Of a DNA stretch of 64,000 nucleotides, positions 13,887 to 26,273 are shown piece after piece (positions within the stretch are counted from its first letter, which is position 1; every line of letters starts with the position of its first letter). Below the pieces are notes generated by a model. It was not told where the DNA came from and searched no databases. It worked only from the letters and a program-made list of their open reading frames with translations. The translations under genes were made by a program, and so were the position numbers. Source of the stretch: Cystobasidiomycetes sp. EMM_F5 (lineage: Eukaryota); assembly GCA_051047955.1 (NCBI GenBank), contig JBPGPT010000012.1, positions 62,001-126,000 on the forward strand, in the 5' to 3' direction.

Positions 13887-16800
13887 ATGCCGTATGCAGA
13901 GCCGAATCGAGCTGGTCAATCGTTTCCGCACACCTCAAACACTGGAGTGGGCAATTTGGGACTTCGCCAGAGACCTCTGCCAGCACCTCCTCAGCAAATA
14001 AAGCGAGTACCGGCACCGGCGATCCTGGCACCCGTGCTACATCTGGCGACTGCACAGCGTCCAGCAGGCAGTGTACCAATACTCGACCTGGATCTAGGAC
14101 GCAGTGATAGCGCCGCATCCAGTCTAAGCGTCCAAGTCCGCAACCTGGTGGACAGGCACAGACTAATCAACGCCGAGGCCGGACGTGCTAGGCCAAACGA
14201 GATGGCTGACTTTGTATCAACGACGAGGAGACCCTTGCCCGGCCTGCCAGAGGATAGAGTCAACGTGCCATTTACGATATCAGGCCAAACGATTCATACT
14301 ACCATACATCCAACCCACGCTGCCACTTACGGGCCTTCTCAATCACGAATCATTCAACATGCTTCGCATCATCCCAATTGCCTGCCGAGCGGTGCTGCTC
14401 GTCAGCCTACGTCACTTCGCGCAGGGCTTGGTCAAGCGGCCTTTGCGCAGCAATCTCTAGGTTTACCCCCACGCGACGGTACTCTGGCGAGATCTTTCGC
14501 GAAGGGCGGATCGTCTATCCTTCTTCACAAGGGTTTCTTTGATCTGCTTTCGGTTACGACGAAGCCCCTAGTCGATCCAGGCGAAGCGACACCTCCCGGA
14601 AGCCTTCGTGCCGGAAAGAACGGTTGGTCTGTTGATACACCTTCGAAGAGTCCTACGACAGCTACTGCCTATGCGGAAGCGAATGGCGTAAAGTACGACC
14701 AGATGGTAACTGCCCCCTTACGATATCTGCAGCAGACACCACCGATGACTTCCAACAACAAGTATCGGCGCATTTCGGTCGATATGATAGGTCGACCCAC
14801 GGGATTCACGTAAGTTTCCGAATGTAGGATGCAGCAATGATCTATGTCGATACTGACTGCTGCGAAATTGCTTAGCCATTTGGTACATGCATCGGATGCT
14901 GAACAAGCTGAAGCCATTTTGACGCGATGGCGAGTAGATGCAAGCGGAAAGCTGCCAGGTACGCACGGTCCCAATCTACACATCTTTTTCTATACTGAAA
15001 GATTGTACCCCATATATTGAAATGGTTAGAACCAGCGTGGGCTGCTGCTCTGAAACATGCAGCAGTCGAGCGTGCTCGGGCACGCGCTGTAGCTCAAGTA
15101 CAAGCCAATCTTGACGAAGAATATGCAAAGGGATCCTTGAAAGTCGTGAACGGGAATCCCGATTCATTCCTGAGCCAAAGCTCTGATAGAGCCGATTTGG
15201 GGTCGCATGGCCACTCGCCGAAATCTGACAATCAGGGAGCGGCGCGATGGACAGGAATGCCTCTAGCATCACCGCCTCCTCTGCTAAGTGGTGAAGGAGC
15301 ATCTCCTGCCTTGCGTTCCTCAGCCCGCTTGTCCGAGAATAGACAAGAGGGCGGAGCAAGCGTCGATGACGAAATTGTTGTGCGGGAGGATCTGCCTGTA
15401 CAGGCTATTCACCCACGCCCATCCACATACAGACTACCTCCAGAAGATATAGTACGTACGCCAGATACTGTCGTCTTGCGCAATGCCGAGACTGCAACAG
15501 GGCTACGGGCCGCCTTCTTCGATGACGAAGGTCGCAGCACTACCAGCCAACAGAGCGATGGTTTGCGCAAGGCTTTAGCAACGTCGATCAATGGCAAAGC
15601 GTTCAAGCCCTCGTTAGAAACGGTGGAAAGGTCCGTCGCGACCAAAGTATACCTCGAAAATCATTACTATGGCATTCTCAAAAGGCCACGGGACCGAGAT
15701 CAACGGCGCGCCGCATTGGAGCGGGAATTGTCGAATGCAAATATGACTGATGCGCAGCGCCGAGCGATACGAACGGCATGGATGACATCAGAGACCGAGC
15801 ATCTCCGCAATCTTCGTCAGCGCATATCAGCAAACTCTTTTGCCAAGCTGAAAACGATCGGTCATGGAGCATTTGGTGTTGTATCTCTCGTCAAGGAGCG
15901 CGGAAGTGGTCAACTCTTCGCAATGAAACAATTGCGAAAGGCAGACATGCTACGGAAAGGACAAGAAGGTCACGTTCGAGCGGAAAGAGACATCATGAGC
16001 GCAGCGAGTGCATCAGCAGATTCTCGTTGGATCGTCAGACTGGTATATTCTTTCCAGGATGTCGACCATCTTTATTTGGTAATGGAGTACACCAGCGGCG
16101 GGGATCTTCTCAATCTTCTGATCGAGCGAGATATCTTTCCTGAAGATTTCACGAGATTTTACATTGCAGAAATGATTCTTGCCATTCAGGAAACGCACAG
16201 GCTGGGGTATATCCATAGAGATATCAAGCCAGACAACTTCTTATTCTCCAGCAGCGGACATATCAAGATTTCAGATTTTGGCTTAGCAACCGACTTTCAT
16301 TGGGCGCACGATGGCGCTTACTATGAGCAACAACGTCGACAACTGCTCCGTAAACATGGCATAGATTTGGACGAAGGGCCTGCCCTTCATGCAAACACTG
16401 GCAAGCGGTTCAACGCAACTCTGGATGTCGACTTTTCCGACATACCCGTAGTCGACGGCGAGAGGCCAGGCCACAAAGGAGTATTAACTTGGCGTGACAA
16501 GAACAGGAAGAAGCTTGCGTACTCCGTCGTTGGCACCAATTCATACATGTGTCCAGAGGTCATTAGAGGCACAGGTTACGATCAGTCGTGCGACTGGTGG
16601 TCGTAAGTTACTTCTTTTGCGTTGCGGTCCCATTCGGAAGCTTAATAATCTCTCTTCGCCAACTAGACTTGGCGTAATCATGTTTGAGTGCCTATTTGGT
16701 AATTCCACCTTTCACCGCTCATTCCACATGCCATGCTGAAGTGCACTTGTCAGGATATCCGCCTTTTGTATCGAAGTCTCGGCACATTACCCGCCAAAAG

Positions 16801-17543
16801 ATTCTCAACTGGCGTTCTCATCTTCGCATACCCGGAAAGCCTGCTATAAGTTCCACGGCGCAGCACTTGATTGAGTCGCTCATCTGCGAGCAAGATGACC
16901 GCCTAGGTCGTGCCATCGGTCCATCCACCGTTGGTCGGAGCGCAAACTCATACGACAGGTCAAGTGCACTAAGGGATGGAGCTGAAGACATCAAAGCGCA
17001 CAGTAAGAACATTACGTGACCTGTCGGCTTGCTCTGGCTAATGCACGTATTTTAGGGTGGTTTAAAGGCCTCGACTTTCAGACACTTCACCTTCAAACGC
17101 CCCCCTTCATTCCAGAGCTGCGTAGTCCCGGTGATACGCGATACTTTGAAGACGACATCAAGCCAGAACCGCTCGGTAAGGTATACTGTGAAGTAGGTGG
17201 AAAGAATGCTAAATGTCAAATCTAGCTGCTCCAGACGCACAGCCTGGACAAGCTGAGGCCACGAAAGATCCCTTGCTACGTGATAAGGAGCATGGCAAGT
17301 ATCTGCTGGAAGTCAGGAAGCAGCTTGCATTTCAGGGATACACCTTTGTCAGTGGTCTTGCCTCTTTCTTGAAAATCATGCGCTGAAAGTTGTTCTACCC
17401 AGAAATCGCCGAAGCAAAAGGTGTATGACCCTCTCACTGGTATTCGTCATATTGCGGGAGAGCTAGAAGCAGCTCATGCTGACAGAGGGCGTTCCACTTT
17501 GCGCGAATCGAGTTCAGGATTCAGGAGAGCAATGTCCATTTGA
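13887..17543 (+). CDS. AGC Ser/Thr kinase of the NDR/LATS family with a long N-terminal extension
   Basis: Mob-binding NTR (ETEHLRNLRQR), GHGAFG, AMK, HRDIKPDN, DFG followed by a long insert, AYSVVGTNSYMCPE, and hydrophobic motif FQGYTF; spliced from the 13887 exon to the stop at 17543. Confidence 0.9.
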
Positions 17544-17707
17544 TTCTGTTTCATCTTCCGACTGCGCAAAATATGTAGATAGCAACATATCATACAGGAT
17601 CACTAATTCCCGGGTGGACGTACATCACGCATCTCTCAATTTTGCATTAACTGCCCGTATCTGTTGTAGTGTGTCGTCCCCTCCGACCCATTGCCAGCTT
17701 TCCGGAA

Positions 17708-18527
17708 ATGTCAGTCGAACACTGGCGTAGCAATGACAAGCCGCTGATGCCTACCGCAGGGCATTCCGTCCACCGCGTACAGGCCTCGCGACAGCAACTC
17801 CAGATGGCTCCACACCCAATGTAGAGAGCCGTGGTGGCACACCGGCACCAGAGGTGTGAAATCAGCACACAGACGAGCCAAACGACGGTACTGATTCTAA
17901 TGATGCACCTAGACCGCGACACTCATTGAGCAATGCAACTATGCAAATGCTCCGAGGCCGTTCAAGAATCCGGAATGGGGAAAGAAGTCGGGCAACAGGC
18001 GACCAAAGACAGCCAAACAGATCATTCAGATGGAGCGAGAACGCTACATGAAGCCTACAAAGAAACGTGGCAGAGCTGCGCAGTCTGCTTTAGCATCCGC
18101 GGCCGTCACGACCGCGAACACACCAGTCGACGGTGTTGACGAAGATGCCGAGACCTCGCAGAATGTCACACTCGAGCCAGAAATTGTCAGGAAGGAGCAC
18201 TATATCGCTTGTGAGCTTTAGCAGAGACTGCGCAACTGCCATGACAATACGCTGAAACGGACGAACACGGCAGATCACGAGTATGACGCTCCTCCATCTC
18301 TAAAGCCCGCGAAGAAATACTGCGATGTGACTGGCTTGGAAGCTCTGTACACCGATCCAAAAAGCCGCTTACGATATCACAATGCGGACATCTTGTACGT
18401 ATCGCAAAAGAGTCTGCGCCACAGTCATGCGCTGACAATCTGCAACAGTCAAATGCTCCGCAATTTTTCTGCAGGGTCAGAACAAGAGTATCTAGGCCTG
18501 CGCGGGCAGTACACAATGATTCGATGA
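17708..18527 (+). CDS. IES6: INO80 complex subunit Ies6 (YL1 C-terminal domain)
   Basis: PRPFKNP..KTAKQII and PSLKPAKKYCDVTGLEALYTDPKSRLRYHNA, then QEYLGLRG. The first exon is uncertain. Confidence 0.88.
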
Positions 18528-18611
18528 GCTGTCGTTTGCTCCGATCGCATTGGCCATGTCATCGCTAGATTGCGCTGTGTCGCTCCCGTGCACTCGTGCG
18601 GGCCTGTTTCT

Positions 18612-21489
18612 TCAGCTAGTAAAGGAGGGCACGGAGTGCATTTTGGTGTTAGCCAGCGGTCGATAGTCACCGGTGGGTGAATCAACTCGATACATCTGAA
18701 TGCGAGGTCAGCGAACTCCATCGGGAGCGACATGTTGGCTTACCTTGGTTTTAACAGGTATGGGCAGCCCGCGAGAGTCGATGATGCGATCCTGCGCTTC
18801 GGTTGGGGCCAAATCTGGCAAACCATTCGATATAGGCGGGGCCAATCCGTTTGCTTCCACAACGACCTTCTCCGCCTTTTTGGGTGCTGCAGGTGCAGCT
18901 TTCAAGGCAATGGAAGATGCTTTACCATCGGGAACATAGATCAACTCCATGAGATCGTCGCCGCTGGCGACTTTATCGACAATGTAGAAGCCTTTCCGCT
19001 CAAATTGGATCGTGTCGCCTTTCTTCAGGTCGCGCAAATTGGGGTCTGCGAACGCCTCCTGCCGGAACTCGGTAACTGGGTTGATGTAATCTGTCCATTC
19101 GTCCGAGTCTTCGATTCGCCGCTTAGTGATGAGGTAGTCGTAGTCTTTCAGTATGACAGAAAGTAAAGGTGCAGACTCTGTCACCGCCAGCCAAGTGATC
19201 TTTTTACTTGTCGCTTTAAAATCGCCAGCAAGATGCAGTTTGAAATTCAATGACTTGATCGGCGAAGAGACGTCCTGATTGTCCACTACAGCGTTGCCCC
19301 AATCCATTAGCGTGACTTCCTCGTTCGCTGCGAATGATACGGCATCTTCCTGCTCGATGTACATTTTTGACGAGTAGAAGGTCGTTTTGCTTCCAGCACC
19401 GGCGTACTTCTTGTGCTTCGGCAGGACGGCAGAACTTGTCGAGACTGGCTTACCCTCCTCGTCGACTACGTGACACTCGACACTGCCACGTCGCTCGTGT
19501 CAGATAAACAGACAATCATGGGGAAATCAAGGCTTACAGGCCCTCCTTCAGTACGGCGGTGTGCCGGGGTACGACCGGATCCAAAACTTTCTTGTTTGCA
19601 GTCCAGATACCATCCCAATCCAGGGTGTTATTCTGTTGCGACGGACCCTGAGCCAGCATGTATTGAGTGAGCGCCTCTACCGCCATTCCACGTCTTCGCA
19701 CGCCACGTATAGTGGGGAAACGGGGATCATCCCAGCCTTCGACCATTTGTCGATCTTCCACCATAGCCTTCAGCTTTCGCTTGGATAGCAATGTATAAGC
19801 AAAGTTGATGCGTCCATAATCCCATATCGCCACTTTACGCAATCCGAGCGCTTTCTGCATCCACCAGTATTGAGGATTCCGATCGCGGTATTCATTCGTA
19901 CGAAGAGCATGAGTAACACCTTCAAGCGAATCCTGTGTTGTCGAACTCAGTATCACATATGGCAACGAGGAGAATTCGGGCGACTCACGACTACCGGGCA
20001 AGCAAAGTCGTACGTTGGGTACACCTTCCACTGCGTGCCCGTACGATGATGAGGCTCAATATTGCATCGGTAGATGACGGGATCGCGCAAGGCCTTGTTG
20101 GGATTATTATACGACAATTTTGCCCGTACACACCATCGCAGACCTTCCACGCTGCCTGTAGTCATTTCGGCGAATCTTGCTAGGTTGTCTTCAACCGAGG
20201 CGTCACGTCGAGAGGACGGTATGCCTTCGCGCCGCTCGTGCTGCATTTGCTCTTGTGGAGTATCGTCCGCGTAAGCCTTATCGTTCTTTATAGCCTCGAT
20301 TGCAAACTTGTAGATATCGTCGAAGAAGTCCGATGTGTATGAGACTTTGTCACCGACAATGTCCAGGAGTGCCAGATCTTCGATGATTGATTGCTGAAAC
20401 TCTGCCTTCTCTTTGCTTGGATTGGTATCATCGTATCGCACGATAAATTTACCTTGATACATCCTCGCGAAATACTTGTTCAAGATGGCTGTAATCGTGA
20501 TTAGCCTTCGCACAAAAAGCATACCCTTTCGCTTTTATGCGACCAACCTGCTTTCGCATGTCCTATATGTAGGTAACCAGAGGGTTCGGGCGGCAATCGA
20601 GTTACCACCTTACCCATCTCTGCGCCTTCTAGACCCAGCTCAAAGGTCGCGTTTGAGGTACGGTTGCGTAATTTGTCCTTTTGAGCAGCTACGTAGGCCG
20701 ACACGGATGACTGTACAGCAGGCAGGGATTCGATGTGAGAGTACCACCGCGCAACATTGGCGTGCTGCGCTCTTTTCAGCAGTCCGAGAAAGACAGTACT
20801 GCCTAATGACGAAAAGAGCAGGCAATTGCTCAGCACATAGCCTGGCGAGTGGAGCTGAACGTGTTCCCACCCTTGGCTGCTCCCCATAGAGCAAAGTCCG
20901 CCGCAGTCGGCCTGTATCCAACAAGAAATGACCGCAGTGTGAGGTGATGATCCAACTGATCTACGACAGCTGTAACGCTGGCGAAATCAGCAGTCTTTCC
21001 GAATTCGCGTTCCGCAAAGGCGATCCAGGTGGTTATCTGTCGCGAAACTTGGGGTTAGACATGACGATAGATAGCCACTGTATTGTATTGTATTGTATTG
21101 ACCTTCTCAGACTCGGCTTTGTCGTGGCCGAGCACTCCAACAGATGCGAATGCTTCGGCGAGTGACCTTATAACGCTAGATAGGGTATTGCAGGATGCGC
21201 TGTTCAGTCAACGCAATACCAGTCAACATTTGCCGTTAGCAAAGTAAATGTGAATTTCATCAGCATGATGACTGAGATCAATGGATTCCTGAGCCTCTTG
21301 TACGAGAGCCACGCACCGCCCGCTGTCTAGCCTGCAGATTTCGTTTGGATCCTCGGACTTTTCCTCGTACTCGATGCTAATTACGTTTTCTGTGCCAGAG
21401 GCCTGCGTGATGTGACTCGCCAATGCCAAAGGGCCGTACGCTGGCGGTGAGCTCTTCGTGTACACCGTCAGTCTCGACGTCGATGCCAT
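18612..21489 (-). CDS. GUS1: Cytosolic glutamyl-tRNA synthetase with a GST-like N-terminal domain
   Basis: RLPPEPSGYLHIGHAKA (HIGH), RYDDTNPSKEK, YPTYDFACP, LLSKRKL, GWDDPRFPTIRG and IQFERKGFY. The last exon encodes MYRVDS..SFTS*. Confidence 0.96.
21079..21100. repeat. (TGTAT)4 microsatellite in a GluRS intron region
   Basis: tgtattgtattgtattgtattg read directly. Confidence 0.8.
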
Positions 21490-21670
21490 CGTTCTCGCGA
21501 GGACGCAGTCTGCAGAGGATTTGTGCGAAGTCAACATCCCAAGCCGGTCAAAATAATGCATTGCAGCCTTTGACCGATTCACTATCTTTCAGTGATGCCT
21601 AGACGACTGCTATGAGTCTGCATGGAATCTTCAAGAGCGTTCACGCTGTACATCGCTGCCAATCTCTGCT

Positions 21671-22862
21671 ATGCGCGTACCCGGCGTGGACGCATTGCGT
21701 GAAGCACTTGGTGCCCTAAGCCTAGATACTCGTGGCCGCAAGGATACGCTCAGAAAGCGGCTAAGAAACGCAAAGTCGCTGCAGAGCAGTCGGCTTGAAG
21801 TAGACCCTGCTACTCCCAAGTCTGGGTCACCAAGCCATCAAGACTTTGACTCGTATCTGGTTATCGATTTCGAAGCTACGTGTCAGCGCTGGGAGCCGCA
21901 TCACGGCGAGTTCTTTGGCTTTCCGAACGAAGTGCGTCTGATGTTGTTAGGAATTAGCATTACTAGCCCCATGCTGAGACTGTGCAATAGATTATCGAGT
22001 TTCCCGTTGTACTGCTACAATGGCGAAAAGACGTTCTTCACAACTCCTCGAACTCAGACAGTAATGATTCGGACAGTGACGCTTCCTCTGTCCAAACCTC
22101 GTCTTCGTCATCGGCTGTCCGTACTCCAGACGAGGGTGAAGTCAAGCCTAATCAGGACGAACATGATAACGAATACACACTCGAAGTTGTGGATGAGTAT
22201 AGACAGTTTGTTAAACCGACATGGCGACCACAGCTCTCGTCCTTCTGCACTGAGCTCACTGGTATAACGCAAAAGGATGTAGATGCGGCTGATACGTTTC
22301 CTGGCGTGTTGAACGACTTTGCCTGCACTTTTATGGCAAAATACCAGCTATTCACGCCTGGAAACAGAACCGTATGGGTGACAGACGGACCCTGGGTAGG
22401 TCACATGAAGACGCTTGTCACATCACTCATGCTATCGCGCACGTACAGGATCTTCGTGACTTTGTCGCTAAACAATGTTACATATCTCGTGTGGCCCGCC
22501 CGGCTTGGCTAGGAGGGAAATATATTGATCTCCGATCTACCGCTGGAGCCTACTTTCAACGAAACGACCCTTCCAGAACATCAGCAAATCCCGCAGACCA
22601 ACTAGCGTCTCTAGCGAAGCGGAATCTGGCCAACCCAAACATACCAGCTGTATTGGCTGCACTAGGACTGCCTCCGTTTCAAGGGCGTCAGCACTCGGGC
22701 ATCGATGATGTACGCAATATTGCCAGGATCTTGCAGGAGTTAGCGTCGTACGAGCGTGGCTGGCGCATCATCGCCAATGCACGCGTTCCAGGCAAGGAAC
22801 AGCGATGGAAGTGGATGGATGCCAGTGGGAGAGTCAAGTGGGAGCATCCGCCTGAGCTCTAA
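21671..22862 (+). CDS. ERI1: ERI1-like DEDDh 3'-5' exoribonuclease with an N-terminal SAP-like domain
   Basis: LREALGALSLDTRGRKDTLRKRL (SAP-like), VIDFEATC, NE|IIEFP, FCTELTGITQ, TDGPW|D and HSGIDDVRNI. Confidence 0.88.
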
Positions 22863-23187
22863 GACTGCTATCGTTGCGCATCAGTCCACATGCAGTTGTA
22901 TTTTGTTGTAGACTTAGGGCGGAGCTAATTTAGGCGGTGAATTGCATCACTCACATGTTGACACCACAACAATGGTAGGGCTCAACAATCACTTCGTTAA
23001 GATGCATTCTTACCATTTTTCAATGACAACAAGCAAGGACACGAGCTATTTACATAACGCTACACATGATTTGACTAATTTTACCGACGACAGTGCACAA
23101 GACCGAGTACCCTGTTTCAACCTATTTCGCAGCATGCCGCTCATCCAAGTCCTTCAGAGATCCGCATTATAGTAATTCATTCATCCG

Positions 23188-24636
23188 TCAAAGCATTGTA
23201 AAGCTCGCAAAGCCACGAGGCTGAGCCAGTCTGATGCGCCTCGCTGCTTCTCGCCGTTGAACTACCTCGTTTTCGATGGGTAGCGCGACACCATACTCAT
23301 TGACTCCTCCGCCCGTCTCCTCGTCCATTTCTTGAAGCGGAAGTCCCAATCCATCACCGACGTAATGAAGTTCGAGTTGCTGGTAGGGGTCGCTTGACGA
23401 CGAAAAGTAGAATCCGCACATGGTTGCATGCGCCCAAGCACCTCTGTAGCCCGACTTTGCATTGTAGAAATTTGTGGATTGCAGCGGGGACCGAGCCGTC
23501 ATACTTCGTGCTCGCTGTACGCTCTTTGAAACACAAATCGGTGTGGCAGTGACTGAACGAGAACGACGACGGCTTTCGAGATAGCTTGTAGAAAAGTTTG
23601 TGAACGCCAAGGGAGAGTGAGGCGGAGGAGGAAAGTCGTCAAGAGACGGCGAATATGGAGGGGGAGGAGACACAGCAAGAACTGACGCCATGGACGGAGA
23701 TGTAGTATTTAAGGCATCATCAGCCTTGCAAGCCAACTCGATGCCAGAGCGGGAGGGATCTTGACACGCGGCATCAGTCTCGAGCCCTTTGACTATTGCA
23801 GCATAAGAGATTGGATGTGCTGGGGCAAAGGGATGGCTGTTTGTAGACATGCAACGAAGTGCTTCGGACAGTAGAGACTCGCTGGATCGAGCAGTCCCTG
23901 TGCCGCGCATAGATTGTTTGAGGAACATGCTGTCATAGTCGTCACTGCGTTCACTGAAAGAAGGGGAAGGATTGAGCTTGATGGCAATGTAGTAGAAGCC
24001 TGGGAAGGAAACAGTTTACAGTCAGCCTGGCGAGTATAGCGGGACAACTAGACATAAGCAACTAACCCTCGAAGCTCGCTCCTCCAACGTCGTTCTCCTG
24101 ACTTGGCTCCAGTATGCAACGCTCTTTCAGCCGCATAAAGATTACGTCCTCTGGAAGGTCTGCGTGGAGATCATCTACTCCTGGAATGCCAAGGTCGTGC
24201 TTGAAGCGAGACCAGTGATGTTCATCATCTTCTCTGGTAGCGCCCCACTTATTATCTACGAGATTGTGGTGGTCGCCAATGACCTACATCGCGAGATAAG
24301 CATCTCCCCTGCAGACTGAGATATACTACTGAGACATACCTCGCCGTCAAAGTAGGTCACGAGCTTTGGAAGACTGGGCGTGAGATTACGAATCGTCAAA
24401 GTGCCTGTATAGACGCAACCCACGCAATGATCAGCTGATTGTTCTGCGCTTTGGCCTCTCGTCGGACAAAGAAAGCACGCACCGCAGAGGTCGCCCCTGT
24501 CAGTTTTCCCGCAGATACGTACTTCAACATCGTAGGAAGTGTGTCCACCAGACGCTTGCTTGCCTCGCCATACCGCACCAGCGGACAATGGCATGCTCTG
24601 CAGAGCGGCATGGGACCTTGCACTCGGTGGCGACAT
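23188..24636 (-). CDS. GID4: Gid4/Vid24 Pro/N-degron recognin (GID E3 substrate receptor)
   Basis: Spliced WRGKQ..YDVEVRI, GTLTIRNLT..LVTYFDGE, KWGATREDDEHHWSRF, IFMRLKE, GASFE|GFYYI ... MCGFYF..DPYQQLELHYV. The 23188..23928 ORF is part of its last exon. Confidence 0.88.
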
Positions 24637-25240
24637 GGCGGAACCGAGTCGGCCGGGTAATCACGGACGGATAGAGTGACAGCTAGCGCTTCACTGGGAG
24701 ATGCGGTGGAGTGTGGACAAGTGGCTGCATATATATGCCATGCTATTCTCAAGGGTGGGGGAGCTAGGTCGAGGCTCCCCCGTCTAGAGAATGGTCTGGA
24801 AGACGGGCATATTATTGGGTGATTGCAGTGACGGGACAGATAGGGTTGGCGATTAAAATGTTGATGTGTCGGCGATTGAAGAGCACTCGCTTGCTGTTCT
24901 GCTCAGCACTCGTCAGCTGCTTTGGCTGCTGTCGCACTCGCGCGTGGGTTGGAAGAAGTCTGACAGCTTTCCCCCCTCACCCCAGTCTCGCGCTCTGCCC
25001 CACGGGGTTGTCGGCTGGACCTGCTGACCTCCGCGCCCCTCAACCGCTGACAAAGCGATCGTACTATTGTATAGCTACACACTCTTGACTGAAAGCAGAA
25101 CACTCCTACATTGTATCTGGTATACAAAGACTTTCCCACCCATATGCTCCTTCCAGAGGCGTTCCCCCAGTCCCTACATTACTTTGACTGCGATTCGATA
25201 GACTGCCCACTTAAAACCATTGACTGCCATGGTGTTCACC

Positions 25241-26273
25241 CTACTTGTAGTCTGATATAAGACTGGGATACTTCTTCACTGCTGTGTCGTAGTCAAATAT
25301 CTTGACTCCGCTCGCCTCGACCACTGCCAGATTGCAAGCTGACAATGCCTCGTTTTCGTGATCTGGTACATCCTGTTCCTTGATATCCCTCAGACTTCGC
25401 CGGTAAAAGGACAGGCAAGCAACGCAGCCAAATAAGCTGAATGTCGGCGCGCGCAGAGTGTGCTTGTAGATGTTGTCGTGCGTGTCTTTGAACGCTGGAA
25501 TCTCGGCCTTGAAGCTCTGCGCTGGAAAGTACTGCCGCGAGACTTGATGAGCATATTTGTTGCCAACACAATGGTGTGCAGCGACCTACCTGTATTCCTA
25601 CTTTGATGCCGCCGCCCGTAGCGGATGCGTTGGCTTCCATTTCCGTAACGCGAGCTTTGCTACGCTCGCGGTGCACGATGACCGTAAGAGGTGTGTTCGG
25701 GTCCAGGTTCATGACCCAGATGTAGTTTCGACCTTTCAGAGCCGACGGTACAGGCTGTTGTGAAGGCCCGCGCGTGTTCATTGATGTTGCCCTGCCATGC
25801 TCCTCCGTGCGAATATTGGCAGTGTACTTTGTATTCACGTAGGAGTCTCCAGTAGAATTGCGCAGGACCTTCGATTCTCCTGAATTTGAAGTATCCGACT
25901 TCCTGCTGGCGGATGGTGACATCCGACTCGAACCCTGTCGTAGCGCATGAGTGGTTGTCAAGGGAGCTCCATCATGGCTCCGGGTGAGGTGTTTAGGTGG
26001 AGGTGTACCGTGATGACTGCTCGTCAAGGATGTCTCTGTCCACTGGCGAGTGATACCTGCAATTCTCGATTCATCGTCTTGACCAGGACGAGTATCTGTT
26101 TCCGCTTGTTCGGTGCGTTTGATGAGGTCGACAATAGTATTCTCGTCGTGCGGTAGAGTCAATAGGCTGGAAAGCTGTAGAACCCCTTGGCTGCTGCCGC
26201 TTGCGGGGTGCAATAGCGAGCCAGCCTGAAGACCCACTTCATGTCGGACGGAGTGTTCGCTGTGGTCGGCCAT
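25241..26273 (-). CDS. Hypothetical protein: low-complexity N-terminus plus a small beta-rich C-terminal domain
   Basis: ORF from 26273; an intron after GIKVGIQ (GTAGGT..GGCAG) gives YFPAQSFKAEIPAF...YPSLISDYK*. Confidence 0.6.

Noticed and set aside
21490..21561. In-frame upstream ATGs of GluRS as a mitochondrial presequence
   Set aside because: The extension contains acidic residues, is not convincingly amphipathic and sits in a tiny divergent promoter.
23188..23928. Apparent stand-alone 246-aa orphan ORF
   Set aside because: It is the last exon of GID4, since it carries GFYF..PYQQLEL.
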